Positions 34,241-62,187 of a DNA stretch of 64,000 bases are shown here, piece after piece. The notes below the pieces were generated by a model. That model was not told the origin of the DNA, ran no database searches, and worked only from the letters and a program-made list of their open reading frames with translations. Source of the stretch: Saccostrea cucullata (taxonomy: Eukaryota); NCBI RefSeq assembly GCF_032062105.1, contig NW_026929714.1:248001-312000 (forward strand), in the 5' to 3' direction. The number at the start of each line of letters is the position of its first letter. Within the stretch, counting starts at the first letter, position 1. Both the position numbers and the translations under genes were made by a program.

Positions 34241-36837
34241 GGTAACGAGGCAGTAATGTTTCTAACGATTTATACGTTTTGTTACATACGCACTTATTTT
34301 TGATTCACAAAGAATATATTTTAAATTAACGTGTGGGAATTCATTAGTGATAAGAACTACGTGATTCAGAGCGCATATATCTGCCTTCCGATATCGTGAC
34401 TTTTAGTAGAGACATCATTTGTTTACACGTATATCAAAAAAGTTTCCTTGTGGTGGGAAGTCAGTGGAAGTTGATTCTTTTTGGTTGCCCTGAAATATAT
34501 AAAAATTCTTTGAAATCATGTAAAGAGGATGGACGTCATTTCTCAAAGCTCTAAAATTTCACACACCAAGTAAAAGTCATCTATTCGGTAAATCATCAAC
34601 AAGCATACTTGTGTGTATTTTCCCACTAATGCTGAACAATGTATAACAGCTAAATTGATTGCTTTTTTAATTTAAGGATATCAGAATTATCCTTGAAAAA
34701 AAAAGTGCTTCAAACAATTTCCTGATAAAATCAATATACATATTCACATTTGGAGGCACTCGTGCAATATACAATATATAAAATACACTCAAAAGTACAT
34801 TTTAGAGAAACTTTTTAACTTCAACGGTAATTTTCTCTCTTTTAAGATATTTTTCTTTCAGAAAAAGGGGAAAATCTATTAAATTTACCTTGAATTTCAA
34901 ATATCAGTGAATTCACATGTTTTCAAAACAAATTCACTTTGAAACAAGATGAAAACTATTCCTGTGAACATGGAACAAAGCAACAGTCAAAATAGTTTTC
35001 ATCCACTTTATCTTAAATGACCCCAAAACGATTGATTCGAGCCTATTTCCCATTCGTTGGTGTCAGTTCTTTTTCGTTTCCTTCCTAGAACAAGGCACAC
35101 AAAGATGCTGTAAGGAAATGTTCCTTTTCCAGAGTTTAAAACGTTAATTAAAGATATTTCAGATATATATCACGAAATTGTTTTTCCTGAAAAGGAAGAT
35201 AAACAACAGTTGGAAAACAGATTTCTTTCATTCAACCGGGATTTCCTGGAGGTTTAGGCAATCATTTCATCACAATTTTTAAAAGTTACTTATAACTTCA
35301 AGAAAATGTGTCCTTCTACAATCTGTTTGAATGGGACACTATTCTCTCTCCCCAATAAAAATCGCTTTAGAAATCCTTTCAGTGAATCTTAGTTTCAGTA
35401 TAAGTACACGCTTTTTCCCACTTTGACTTAATTTCACACGTAGTTCTGGTTATACAAACCACACATTTAAAAAAATGATTCTATATTATGTCTCTTTCTG
35501 TAAACCGGAAAATATTCATCAAAACCTTGTTAAAAAAATGTGTAATTTTTTTCATTTCGCCTCTCAGTTTTGCTATAATCTAGTGTTCTATCAAGGAAAA
35601 AATATGTTTTAAAAAATAAAAGAAGCGACAGTCTTCACAAAAGAAGTTGAACAGTCATACTGTTAATATCCCAACAATGAACATGTTTGTTAATTTTTCT
35701 GCTATAATACGTCTCTGCTGTATGCCTTCACATGTTTTCTACTGAGGTTTTAGCCATTAAACTATTCCACTCATATTTCAATCATGTAGTTATTTATACT
35801 GGTATACTAGTATATACACATCAACTCTATGAAGTGTAAGAAACCGGACTTCCTCTCTTCAAAATCGCCGTTAGTCTCGGAATAATTTTTACATATTTCC
35901 CTATTTCGATTGTTAGTGTTTTGGGATAGGATTGATTTTAAACAAGTTTGTAAATTAAAATAAATTTTGAAGTGAAATAATTACATGCATGTATATAAGA
36001 AACAGTAACCAATCACATTAGTTCTTTCACAAAATTCAAATCAAAATCAGAGCAAAAATGGACCTCTAAAACTTCAGAGGTGGGATCAGGTGCCATGGTG
36101 GAGTGAGCATCCCCAGGCTGTCAACCGTCATACATGTGCTCCTTATAATACCAGTAATCGTGGAATACCGAAAAAATCACCGACAACTAATTGTGCATAT
36201 AATGTTCTAAAATGTCAGCATTTGACTATTTGCATCAAGGTCATTGTGTGGACAATTGAACCTACGATATGATGACCAAACACGATTGTTAATAAATTTT
36301 TGGTCCATCAACTATTCGGTCAATAATATATATCTCGTTATAGATATTGATCATAGGTAGGGCATCTCTTGCGTATCGAATCATCAGAGACATATATAAA
36401 CCCCCTAAGTTCGGTTAAAGGAAGTTGACAATTTAAAAGTTTAAGCTATCGTGTTTATCATAAATCTATAATGAAAGTTACCAATAACGTCTTTTTTCTG
36501 ATAAAATATACAAGTATGAAATAGATGTCTCAAATAAAGATACATGTCAAGGTCACCGAGATAAATCATGTCGGCATTTGAATGGAAATAATTAATTTAT
36601 CAAAATTTATTTTGAATAATTTTGTAATTTTAAGTTTTTAAAATTCCCTTTGAATTTTTATGTATCCACATCTCAATTACAATACTTCTGAAATATATTT
36701 GTGTACACGCAGTACTCCTAAAGTTAAACCTTCATAACGTTACTGGTAATATTTCAATGAGGAGAGAAGAAGAGGCTTGGTAGAAATTTTCCCTTTCTTT
36801 GTTTATAAGGAATTGATTTGAAGTTTTTGGAATCCAG

Positions 36838-36968
36838 TAAAGATGTGATTTTGGTTTTCGGAAATATGAAAACTATTCAAAACTGACACGTTTTAAGGAG
36901 AATTTCCTCCTGAATATGTGTCAGTTTGAATAGTTTTCATATTTCCGAAAACCAAAATCACATCTTTA
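36838..36968. repeat. Near-perfect 131-bp palindrome
   Basis: TAAAGATGTGATTTTGGTTTTCGGAAATATGAAAACTATTCAAA pairs with TTTGAATAGTTTTCATATTTCCGAAAACCAAAATCACATCTTTA. Confidence 0.88.
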
Positions 36969-38175
36969 AAATACAGTTAAAATAATGAGCCTTAAAAAGA
37001 CAATGTTTTACCTCCTATATTAATGTTAATATCTGGGAATAGTACATACTGATTGTATAATTCTATTTTTCACTTCTGAATTAATGAACGTAGAAGGATA
37101 TATGACTCTTATTGCACCATAATCTTTTATTGAGCGATTTTAACATATAGATCTGATATACTTAAACATTTAATACATTCTGACAAACTTATAAAAGTGT
37201 CAAAGTCTTTTTTCATGTTATCATCCACAAAATTCATAATATACCACCTCTGAAGTTTTGGAGGCCCGTGTTTGCTCTGCTCCTATTTTGTATTGTATAA
37301 TGGACTTTAGGGCTCGAATACTGTTCATTGATTATCTCCCTATTATTTTTATCAATTCCATCTCGTTAATATCATTAAATATAGTTGTATTTTAACTCTT
37401 TCCTTGGTTTAAAGTACAAATAAAATACAATATTTTTCTGTCGCATTACTCTGGCAATGAATACATAAACACTGGTAAAGTGATGAAGTGTCTTTTACAT
37501 TGTCCATTCATATTTCAAGAAAGCATATTTCAATCTCATTAGCATAAAAAACACAATATTAAAATACAGTTACTTACATCATCCCTTCATAACTGATTTC
37601 ATTGCTCATTTTTGTTTATTTCCTCATTTTAATATGCCAAATAAAGCCACCCAATATTCACATATATTTTTATTTCCTTTTACTTATATATACGATAAAT
37701 GTAGAGTCGTACTTTTTCACTTAAATCATTCAGGAAAATGTACTCTGTTCCTTTAAATTTGTGTACTAATTCCAATTCTGGTGAAGTCGGATCCATTCGT
37801 AGTTATGTAATCTGTAGAAGGTACACCAAGGCTATTTATGTAAAAGAAGTCATTTGTGTGGGAAAATATCGTGTTGCCTTATTTAATTTTAACTTGCATT
37901 AATTAATAAGTGCTTTTGAAAAAACTCGATGAATAACAAGTATCAAAACATGCAATACACTTGCCAGCTATTGAATTTTGGGCGACGTCAACATGTTTTT
38001 ATTAATGGATAAGTGAATGTCTACTCGAAAAATATTAAGTTTCGAAAATGCACGATAATTTTACTAGTTCTATAATTGAGAGTAAATTGTAGAGAATATA
38101 GTTGAGAATAAAAAAAAAAAACAATCATACCACGTATGAACATTAAAACCAAGGAATATACGAAATTGGGTCGTT

Positions 38176-38328
38176 ATTTAAGGAATGAAGTTTATTTTGA
38201 CCTGTGTTATACGATCGATATACATATAACATAACTTGAGACAGTTTACATTGGTTTAAGCTTTATAAAACTAAAGATTTGTTATATCGTATAACATATA
38301 TTAGACTAACATAAGCTTCATTCCTTAT
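38176..38328. repeat. Degenerate palindromic element
   Basis: TAAGGAATGAAG...TGTTATACGAT pairs with ATCGTATAACA...CTTCATTCCTTA. Confidence 0.65.
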
Positions 38329-39903
38329 CATTTATCTCAAAAAAGGGCTTCAAAAAGAGCATATTTTAAAATTAACGTCAAGCGAAATAATACGTTTTTG
38401 ACGTAAATCATTGTGACGTATGCAAGTTATATTCTACAATATAAAATAAATCTTTTATCTGATCAAATGGCGTGTTAGAATTAAAATTAAAATATCTATG
38501 GACAGATGATACAAATCGTTGGCAAAAATCCTGAAAATAACATCATCATTCATAAGTAAAATGGGCAAGTTAAATTTTTGGTAACAAAAAAGTTGTACTG
38601 ATAAGTAATGAAGTAATGATTGTTGCAGACGGATAAAATTTTGCACAAGTTTACAAATAATTAATATGCTATCAATTCATATTATCATTCACATTATTTA
38701 CAAATAAAATAGTTAAAACAAAAAACCAATCCACACATGAATATTTATCTTAACTAGCTCAGGAAAATAAACGCTGTATGGTGTGGACACGCGATGATAT
38801 ACAAGAAATCCCACAAACAATAGAAATACTAGTACATTGAACAGGGTAAAGAAGAAAAATTTCCTTATGTCCTTTAAGAGTTGAAGATCTGTTATTTAAA
38901 TTGATTTCATTTATCATTTAACTTCAGACGAAATTGATATTTTACGCACCCAGTATAAACTGTTCTGAAATAATAGCTAGATAGGTTCATTTTAATCTAA
39001 TCATATAGACCATGATATTAAAAAAAATCAAATTGTAATTTAGTTAGTTTTATTTTTCTTTGATATATTTTTATTTAAAAAAGAATATTGTTTTGGATTT
39101 GAAACTAGATTAAGATTATTTTAAGCATATATTTATATAGTCCATTTTGTAAGCACTTTTGTTTAAATTAATGTTTAACGTCGGCTTAATTTTAATGCAG
39201 TGAGGTTATATAAGAAATATTCGTAAGAGGTCAATAGCAAAATAAAACTTAAAAATAGCACGCCATATTCAATGAACACTGCATTTCTAAATACAAAAGT
39301 AGAGCGCGTGTACTCTTTGTATATTAGTATTTAAAATGCTTAACATATGATTTGAAAAACACATTTCCCTTTTGTTATTTGTTCTGCAGCGGTTAAATAT
39401 CTTCGTAACAGAAGATTAAGTCGTAATTATGTTTAAACTCATGGGGTCAGGTGTAACTTTAACAAAAGAAATTGCAACACATTATAAAGTAATACACAAG
39501 GCTAAGGCATTGTCACTTTTTGTCTAAATGTCACTTGCATGTCTTGGAGTTGTGCATTTCGATTTGATCGTTAGTTCCTATCAGGGCCTATCTCACCAAT
39601 AACAGGATATGATAAGTGAATCTAAGATTTTTTTGAAAGTGATCGGAATTAAATGAAAGTGTTTATTAGAGGAAAAATATAAGGAGCGGAAACTGAAACT
39701 GTTAACATTCAAGACTGTGTGGAATCAATCACAGCTGAGAAAAATAGAAATAGAAAAAGAGACCTGATTCAAATTGTGAGGCGACAAACTGAATTAACTC
39801 ATAAACACGGTGACTAAATGGAGGGGACGTAATAGGAAGACCTGTAATTTATTACTGTTATTTAGAGGTATATAACGGTATTTGGGAACCTAGATCCTGA
39901 AGG

Positions 39904-42900
39904 ATGTCTCGGAAAGGAAGAAGATCAAGTGACNNNNNNNNNNNNNNNNNNNNNNNNNNNNNNNNNNNNNNNNNNNNNNNNNNNNNNNNNNNNNNNNNNN
40001 NNNNNNNNNNNNNNNNNNNNNNNNNNNNNNNNNNNNNNNNNNNNNNNNNNNNNNNNNNNNNNNNNNNNNNNNNNNNNNNNNNNNNAGTTTCTATATTATC
40101 CAAAATGTACATTTCTTACAATTTTATTGAATTCATAAAACATGTAAAAGCAATGCATTTTTTTTTTTGAAAAAGCTATTTATTTTTACAACATATTGCT
40201 TCCCTGAGGACTATTAAACTTTCTGATTTTTCCCCTTTATCCATGTTTCATACAAGTAAATGTTGGTGTATTCTTATACGAATCATTAAATTTACATGAA
40301 TTCACAAAACATTTTTAAAAAAAGTAATTTCTAAATTAACCATGTTTAAAAATGTTAACAAATCAGAAAAAAGACTTGCAATTACTACATCTCACCTTTA
40401 AGGATTCGAAAACTACTTTCAAATTTGCAAATTTCAGAAATTTGATCAGTATTCTGACAATATACATGTACTAGTATATAAAAGATATAACAAAAAAGAT
40501 TATTTCTCCATATCCTTCTTTCAAAGCAGTTAGCTATTTTATGTACATTGAATATTATCTCTAATTATTCCATTTTCAGTTATGACAGGGCTCGTCCCAT
40601 ATCGGAGTACATTACACTGAATAGGTACGTTATGTATTTATACACAAAACAAGTATGTGTTGATTTATGTCATTTTCTTTTAATTTAATGCGATTTAATT
40701 AAGAAAAAAATAATGAAAATCAATGTTTAATAATAATAAAGTATTTTTGTGCTTTTCTTCATATGAAACATATGGAGATAACGAAGAGTATTAATGATCA
40801 AAATCCCATAAAACAAAAAATAGGAGCAAACAAGGACCTCCATATTATCAGAAATGGGATCTGATTGAAGTGCCATGGAGGAGTGGGCATCCCCTGTCGA
40901 TATCTTCAATTAATATCTTACATATCTTCAATTAAATAAGGATTAAATGAAAACACTGGTTCTATTTTCATTTAGTATATAAACGTAAGTGCCATTTCAA
41001 TAAATGTTGAAGTCAGAATAATATTTCTAAAAATAAATCAAAAAATTTTGGCAGATTCAAAACCAACTCATGCATTTTTATTATTATTTTCATTGTTTTT
41101 TTTTTTTAACCTTTATGATAAATGTGCAGTAACGTTAAACTCTAACGTTAGTTAAACTCTAGTATATCTATGTAGACAGAAGGAAAAAGCAATCACAAAT
41201 CTATATTCTTTTAAATGAAATTACTATATCAAAGGGACTTTTGTGTGAAAATGTTTTCTAGAATGCATTTAGGAAGACAAGATAACTTATCATTTATTCA
41301 CTTCTTGATCAAAATTAGAAAGAAAATATATTCATGCGCCTGTGTTTTATTTTCCTTTTTATACAAGCATTCATCTCGATAAATTAAAGGACAGTATTTT
41401 TAATATCATCAGAACTGATCCCTCAATAAAATTGAAACTCTTAAATATATGTGTTTGGTCGTCCACAAAATTAGTTAATTAAAAAAAAATAGATTCTAGA
41501 GACAAGTTTCCTGAAGTACATCATAGATCATGGTCAACTAACAATTATTTATACAAAGAGTATGATATATTTACAGTATTCAATTTTCTCTTTGTAGCAA
41601 CACATTCCTTAAACACAAAAATTTGCAATACATTTCATATTCCATTTTCAATATTTTCACTGTTATAAATTTATAATGCGTGATCAGAAGTGTTTATACC
41701 TCCAACTCTTCCTAGAGCATGTGTCTGATTATGATTTTAAACAAAAATGAAAATTAAGTTAAAATCACACGATTTCCAATTTAAATCTGTCTTTTGTACA
41801 TTCAAAGTTCGTTATATCCTTTTTTAATAATTAAAACAACATGTGTCAGTCTTGTATTATGATTGACATGTTTCCTACTAGTTGTTAAGGTAACGTTTTA
41901 ATAGCATTTTTACTACAACTTACCCAGTTTACTTGGTCAATAACAGACAGCTAAGGGTTGGTGTGAGTAGTCTACAGGGGATGTTCACTCTTCCTAAGCA
42001 CCTGATTCCATCTCTGGTCCTTTTGTTTTCTACACCAATAATTTTACTACTTGATCATTGTAATCTTTCGCCAAAACATCAGAGGTTGGATCAGGTGTCA
42101 TGGAGAAGTGAGTATTCCCTGCTAGATTTTTTTCTTTCTGTAATTTCAGAAGGACATCGGTCAGTCGTAATGACCCAAGGTCACCTGATGAGATGATGTT
42201 TTTAACTGCACAAATGGAATCTGAGCGAAAACTTCGCAAGGACACAGAGGAAAGGTATAAATTAAAAAAAATCCTTGTAATAAAGCTTACAGTTGAGATA
42301 TGTTCGACAGAATATATGTTGAGTATTAAGGTACTAGTATATCAAAAGACATGATGTAGAAAAGAGATAATTCTACAAGTAAAGTAATAATAGTTTAAAG
42401 AGTACACATGTGTTTACTTTGTAAATTGACTGACAGTGTGCTTAATTTGTATTTCAGTCAAACATGATAAGCATAACGATTTTAACCATGTTTTAAACAT
42501 ATATTATTTGGTAATGTATCTAAAACATTTAAAATACGTCCAATTTAGTTATTTCTACATGGGCAATTTAGCCACATATGATCCACATATGCATTGCCTT
42601 TCATATGAGGATCATATGTGGATCATATGAGAACCATATGTATAAAAATATACAATCACATGAGAATCATATGTGGCAAATCATATGAGAATCATATGTT
42701 TACACACATGTAAATCATATGATTGTATTTACATATGATTCTCATATGATTGGCCCTGCATATGAGAATTATATGTATATTCTGACAGTTGTTATATGAG
42801 AATCATATGAAACGGATCATATGAGAATCATATGAAACCATATTCACTAATTTGCCCTTGATATACTCAGGTAAACATCATATGAATATTTTGACAGTGA

Positions 42901-44399
42901 TCATATGAGATATAGTATATGCGTACTAGATCTCAAAATATTACTTTGACATGTTCCAAAATTTTCACGGTTCCACCCTAAGATCTCAAGATACGAAAAG
43001 TAATTTCTTTAATCAAGCTAATATAAATTTGGCAATTTCAGATGCAGACAGTTAATGTTAAAGATTGAGCACATGCAGGCAATACTAAATCTTCGAAACG
43101 AGGCTCTCGAGAAAGAGAAGGTGGCACGTGAGGAGGCGGAGCATATGTGTCAATCATTACAAACCACCATTGATAAACTAGAGCAGTATCTCAAGACAAG
43201 AAACACCACGGAAGATCAACAGATCATTTCACATTCGTAAGTAAATGATCAGTGGCGGACCTAAATTTTTTAAAGGAACCGCCTGCAAGCATCATAAAAG
43301 TCATTTATGAACATGACTGTTCTCTGCTGATTGAAATGATGGGGTGGGGCTATGGAATGATAGACAGTTGAAGCATCTTTACAAGTACAGTGGGCAATAA
43401 TGTGCAGAAAATGACTATATCAGGTTATCTGTTAAGTTATTGTATACATAACATTTCAGAAAGGTCTTATGCAAAGTACCAACAATGTACCTTATCCATT
43501 GATACATGTACTTCTTCAAATCAAATATTCTTTTCATTAATCATATCAGATTTTCTTAGAGAAAAACCCAGCATACATTACCAGGAGGAAGTGTTTACAA
43601 GATTTGAAAAAAAGTTTATTAAAGGGAAAATCTATCACAAAGTTTCAAACTGGAATATCCAACAGTGATTCCCAAATAAACTGATCTAATGGAGAGAACT
43701 TTTAAATTGAAATTTATTTTGATGCAGAAATGTTAACAACATCTCCATATCACAAATCACCAGACTACAGGGAGAGCTTCAGATACGGGACGAGCAGGAC
43801 GAGAAATTCCAGAAGAAGGCTCAGATCAAAGAACCCATACAGCCTAGGTAATTCATCACAGAGAATTCATCTGAATGGAAATCTCAGTTAAAAAGATTGG
43901 CTAACTCCATTTAAAGAAATCCCCTCAAATTCAAACTATGTTTCCCTAATAAAACTTTCAACGTTCTCAAATTGTCTCTCATCCACAGGAAATTTCAATT
44001 AAAAGATTAACATGTTCTATTTTGGGAAAAAACTGAAACTACGTTTCCTTCGTAACACTTCCCACATTTTCAAATTCTATTTTGATATTTTGCAGTTTAT
44101 TTATATCAGACATAGGTAGCCGTAATTATCACCTGGTATTAATTAATATTACACTTTTTATGCATGGAGTAGTTTTATTTTTGTAAGTTAAAAAATGACT
44201 TTTTTATGAACAAGTTTTGTATGTATATTAGATTAAGCTAATCAAAGTTTTCTTAAAGTTAAGTCTTCAAAACTTTCATCTTTTTTTCTTTTAAAGGACA
44301 GTTCCTGTAGCTGCCTTTGTCCATACCAAAGATGAACCAAACCGAACGTGCAAGACACCGAAATTCCAAGACTTCCAGGACAACGAGATAGAATTCTAA
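39904..44399 (+). CDS. Uncharacterised coiled-coil protein, multi-exon, 5' end uncertain because of the gap
   Basis: Five exons with canonical sites join without a stop, all through phase-2 introns: 40580-40624 (YDRARPISEYITLN), 42150-42254 (TAQMESERKLRKDTEE), 43042-43236 (RNEALEKEKVAREEAEHMCQSLQTTIDKLEQYLK), 43728-43847, 44297-44399 (...DNEIEF stop). Possible start MSRKGRRSSD at 39904 just before the gap (tentative). Confidence 0.72.
39934..40085. other. Assembly gap (152 N)
   Basis: Run of N. Confidence 0.99.
42558..42910. repeat. CATATG-rich minisatellite-like element with short imperfect inverted ends
   Basis: Many ATCATATGAGA-type units. CATGGGCAATTTAG at 42558 is nearly complementary to CTAATTTGCCCTTG ending at 42860. 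Confidence 0.7.
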
Positions 44400-45966
44400 C
44401 CCCAATCAAGGTTCAAACTAATGGAAGAATCTGTGATAATATGTACTCATAGCATTACATTATAAATACTGTGAATTTACATAAAGAATTGCACTGAGAT
44501 TTAGCACAAATTTAGTGCAAAAGTCACAATTATTGTTTATATGTTGACAGTATTGAGGAAACAAGTCTCTGTTTGAAAAGAAACACAAAAAATACAGGAA
44601 AAGTTCATATTCGTCTTTATTTGTGATTTTTTTTCTTCAAAGTTTTCTTGATATTAATATAAACGTACATTTCATCCCTTGAATTCTTCTTTATTCATTA
44701 ACATAATGAACATTATTCTTTGTTTTGTATTCTTCTAAATGAAAAAATAATAAACTCATTATATAATTGATCTTGGTATACATATTATTTTTTGTTATAT
44801 TTTAATAGGATTTCTACATATATATTTGCTGCCTTTCTTTTGCGATATCCCACAAATGCATGAATGTCTTTCAAGTTATAAAAAAAAGATTTAAAAAAAT
44901 TTCTATTTCATAATAATAGGTTAAGAGAATAAATTTTCAATTTCCTTCTGAAATTGAAATTTCAACAACATACTTCTAAACAATACAGTCACAATATAAG
45001 TTGAAAACAAAGTAAAACACAAATATGGCATTTCATCAATATTATCTCTCTCTCTCTCTCTCTAACACACACACTCTCCTATAATTAACATGTCCATTTG
45101 TATATTCCTTTGGTTCTTTCATTTTCAACACTCAGATTCAACAGAATAATGTATAAACCACTGATGTTCCATTGACTGTCTCCACTTTTTTTGGTAAAAT
45201 ATCAACCGCAATTCTGTAACTGCTGAACAAATTTTCTTCCTCTTGGGGCATCCTGGAAATTAATAAATTCATGAAAGTATTGATTCACTGCACTTATTTT
45301 GTAAAATTATAATAAAATGAACGATTTTACTAGTCTGGTTTCAGAATATAGCCCAACTTTGCATGAGAAATAAAGTAATATAAGCAATTTTTATTTATTT
45401 TTCAGCTTACAAAACATCTGCTCAAGCAGTGGGCTATATGAAAGTTAATGAAACATGTTCACATTCTCATATATATAAACATATATACTAAGTGCATGCC
45501 CTAACAATATTCAAGCTATAAAACTAACTGAAAATCTTATGTTGCATCCGTTCTGACAAGTTTATGAACAATTGTAGTTATGCAATGTTTTTAAAAGTCA
45601 TCCATGAAATAATATCCCCATTATACAATAAAATTTAAATTGCTCACAAACATTGAATCCACTACATTCAAATAATTCCACATTAAGCCTCTTATAGAGC
45701 AGAATTTCTTTCTGACATTATCTAAAAATTTATCGGCTATAATTCATGCTAATTTATTCTGATTTGTTAAACACAGCACAATTTACAATTGCTGATCAGA
45801 GCAGTAAGCATTTACGTGTACTCTAATAAATGACACTATCATCTATTTACGAAATTCTTCAGAACAAAAAACTATATGAAATACAAAATTCTCAACATGA
45901 AGTTAATACAATTTAACGAAAGAAATTTAAAATTCTTACATGTAGTACATGGTGTTGTCATGTAGA

Positions 45967-59790
<13,824 letters not shown>

Positions 59791-61141
59791 TTGTATGGAT
59801 CTTTTGCAGTGTAAGCTTTAATGATAGACAAAACAATCACAATGAATGTGTTGACGCCGAGTGCTTTTACTCCGGATGTAGAATTAAAGAGAAAATAGAT
59901 GCCGAGCCCGATCAAAATAGGAATAAGTGATTTTCAGCCAGTGACATTCACTACTAAATAATAATAAGGGGAGAAACCAAAACAAAAGGCGAACTAAAGG
60001 TTGTTCTTACCGAAAAATTACAGTAAACTGTTTAAATTTTGTGATATTTTATCCCTCATAAATGAGGACTTGTAGAATGTGATTAATTTAAGGTACTCTG
60101 ATCCTCAGCTGGGAAGGATAATTCTTAAATTTGTAATTGTGCTTCAAGGTTCTTTCAAGTCCTCAGAAAGGTTTTATGAAAAGTCAAAATTTTTATGACA
60201 TTTATAATTGTTTTAAAAGTGCATATATATCATGTATGTTGAAAGAAATTGATTTTTTTTAATCTAATGTTTTTATCAACATTTCCTGAATTTTCCTATT
60301 TACTTAAAAATGGAGAAAAATCGTGGGTAAAAACACATCACTTTGAGAATTCAGAGACATTTTTGTGAGCATATAGTCAATGCCTGATTTTCAGAACCTG
60401 GGGATCGAGGTACCTTTATTAAAAATATTACTGGGTATTTTTGAGTTTAAATAAAACTAAAATAATTAAAAATAGGAATTATTAATTTGATGTAAAGGAA
60501 TTACCCCCACCCTTTTTCTCTCTTCAAATATGGTAAAATGTAAATAACTTCTTCATTCTTTTTGCAAATCTCATTTCAAAAATTATCCAATAATTTTTTC
60601 TCTCTTAATTTCTATTTTATATACCATTTCCATGATAATGAATGTCATAAATATCACGATTTTGTTTTACTTAATGAAGAATTAGTTGTGATATATTTAA
60701 TATTTTCGTATAGTTATTCAGAGGGTTTGTAGTATTATTTCAATTCAAATGTCTCTAACATTAATAAATAGAGTCATGGGAAACATAATGTTCATCTTCA
60801 AGTAAAAGTTTGATTCAAATTATAGACATATCAAAAATCAAATTTACTTTCGTAAAGTTTAAAATATGTCTTGTAATTTAGTTTTTAAAAAACTAAAGAT
60901 TTCACAATGCGAGTATCTTTTTTTTACTTATGCAAGAATAGAAATGATTTTCCGTCGTGGTTTCCATTATGAATAAACGTTACATGTAACAGGAGTACCA
61001 GGATTAATTGTTCCTCCTCTCCTTCACCTTGTGAACGATCTTCCGTAGATATAAAAAAAAATATCAATGCATGAAATAACCCCCACCCCACCCGATTATA
61101 AGGTCACATGAGTAAACTCAGCTATTCGTTTTCTATAGGGC

Positions 61142-61838
61142 ACCGTTTTGGTATTTACTGCCAAAAAGTGATATCACCTATTCGAATTGATGAAATCACA
61201 CCTATTTGATTTGAATTGGTGATATCACCTATTCGAGTATGTGATATCACCTATTTGATTTGAATTGTTGATATCACCTATTCGAAAAGGTGATATTCCT
61301 TATTCAAATAGGTAATATCACCTATTCAAAATCTGAATAAGTGATATTACCTATTCAATATTGAATAGTTGATAATATTAAATGGGTGATATCACTTATT
61401 CGAATATATTTATGAAATAACAACAGCTCCCAAGACTATATGTCCCTAAATCTTATTCATTTTAACTTTCGTTTTAAAAATCGTCATTCTAGGAGACAAT
61501 AGATTACAGTTTTGTATTTAATTTTAATCAACCCAAATAGAAATTGTAGTTTGTTTTGCTCACATATTGCTCACATATTCATTTATTTCACTTATCTATC
61601 ATGAAAACTTTCAGAAAAATGAAAAAAGGCATGAAAACTGGGTAGTCCATTTTTTCTTGGTTCCAGTGGTAATCTGTATATTATAGGGAACATTCATTAT
61701 TCAATGTTGTAAGAAATTCAAATAGGTGATATCACCTATTCGAATTGGTGATATCATAAATTCAAATTGAAAACCTCAAAAGGGGTAATTAATTGTATAA
61801 TGAAGAGTAACGACCGCCTTTTAAATTTAAAAACGGCG
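61142..61838. repeat. Element with arrays of a self-complementary unit AATAGGTGATATCACCTATT(CG)
   Basis: About 10 copies at 61168-61405 and 2 at 61720-61755; weak inverted ends ACCGTTTT...AAAACGGC. Confidence 0.7.
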
Positions 61839-62187
61839 GCAATCTTAAAATTGCATTCCTTTGACCTTCTTATTATTAAAACAATTATCATTAATTGCCT
61901 ACTGACGATAACGAAAAATTCTACCCATTTAACTATGTCAGGAGGATGTAGAAATTTAAATGAAATATTCTTGTATGTTTTAATATTAAGGAAATAAAGA
62001 AATGGCATAATTTCAGTTTTTGCAGGATCTTATGAATATTAATGAGAGCTGAATCACGTGGGAGCAACCTCATGAATAAACTGCACGTCATTTCTCCATA
62101 TGTTGCATTGAATCAGCAATGAAAAATAAACAATTCACAGTGATATATAAACCTTTGGAAATGAAAAATACTCGATAGAGAAATAAA

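Noticed and set aside
39858-40170. ORFs spanning the N run
   Set aside because: Artefacts of the assembly gap; only MSRKGRRSSD is kept as a tentative start.
61168-61405. Resemblance of TATCACC units to phage lambda operators or CRISPR repeats
   Set aside because: Short-motif coincidence; no phage genes and no unique spacers.
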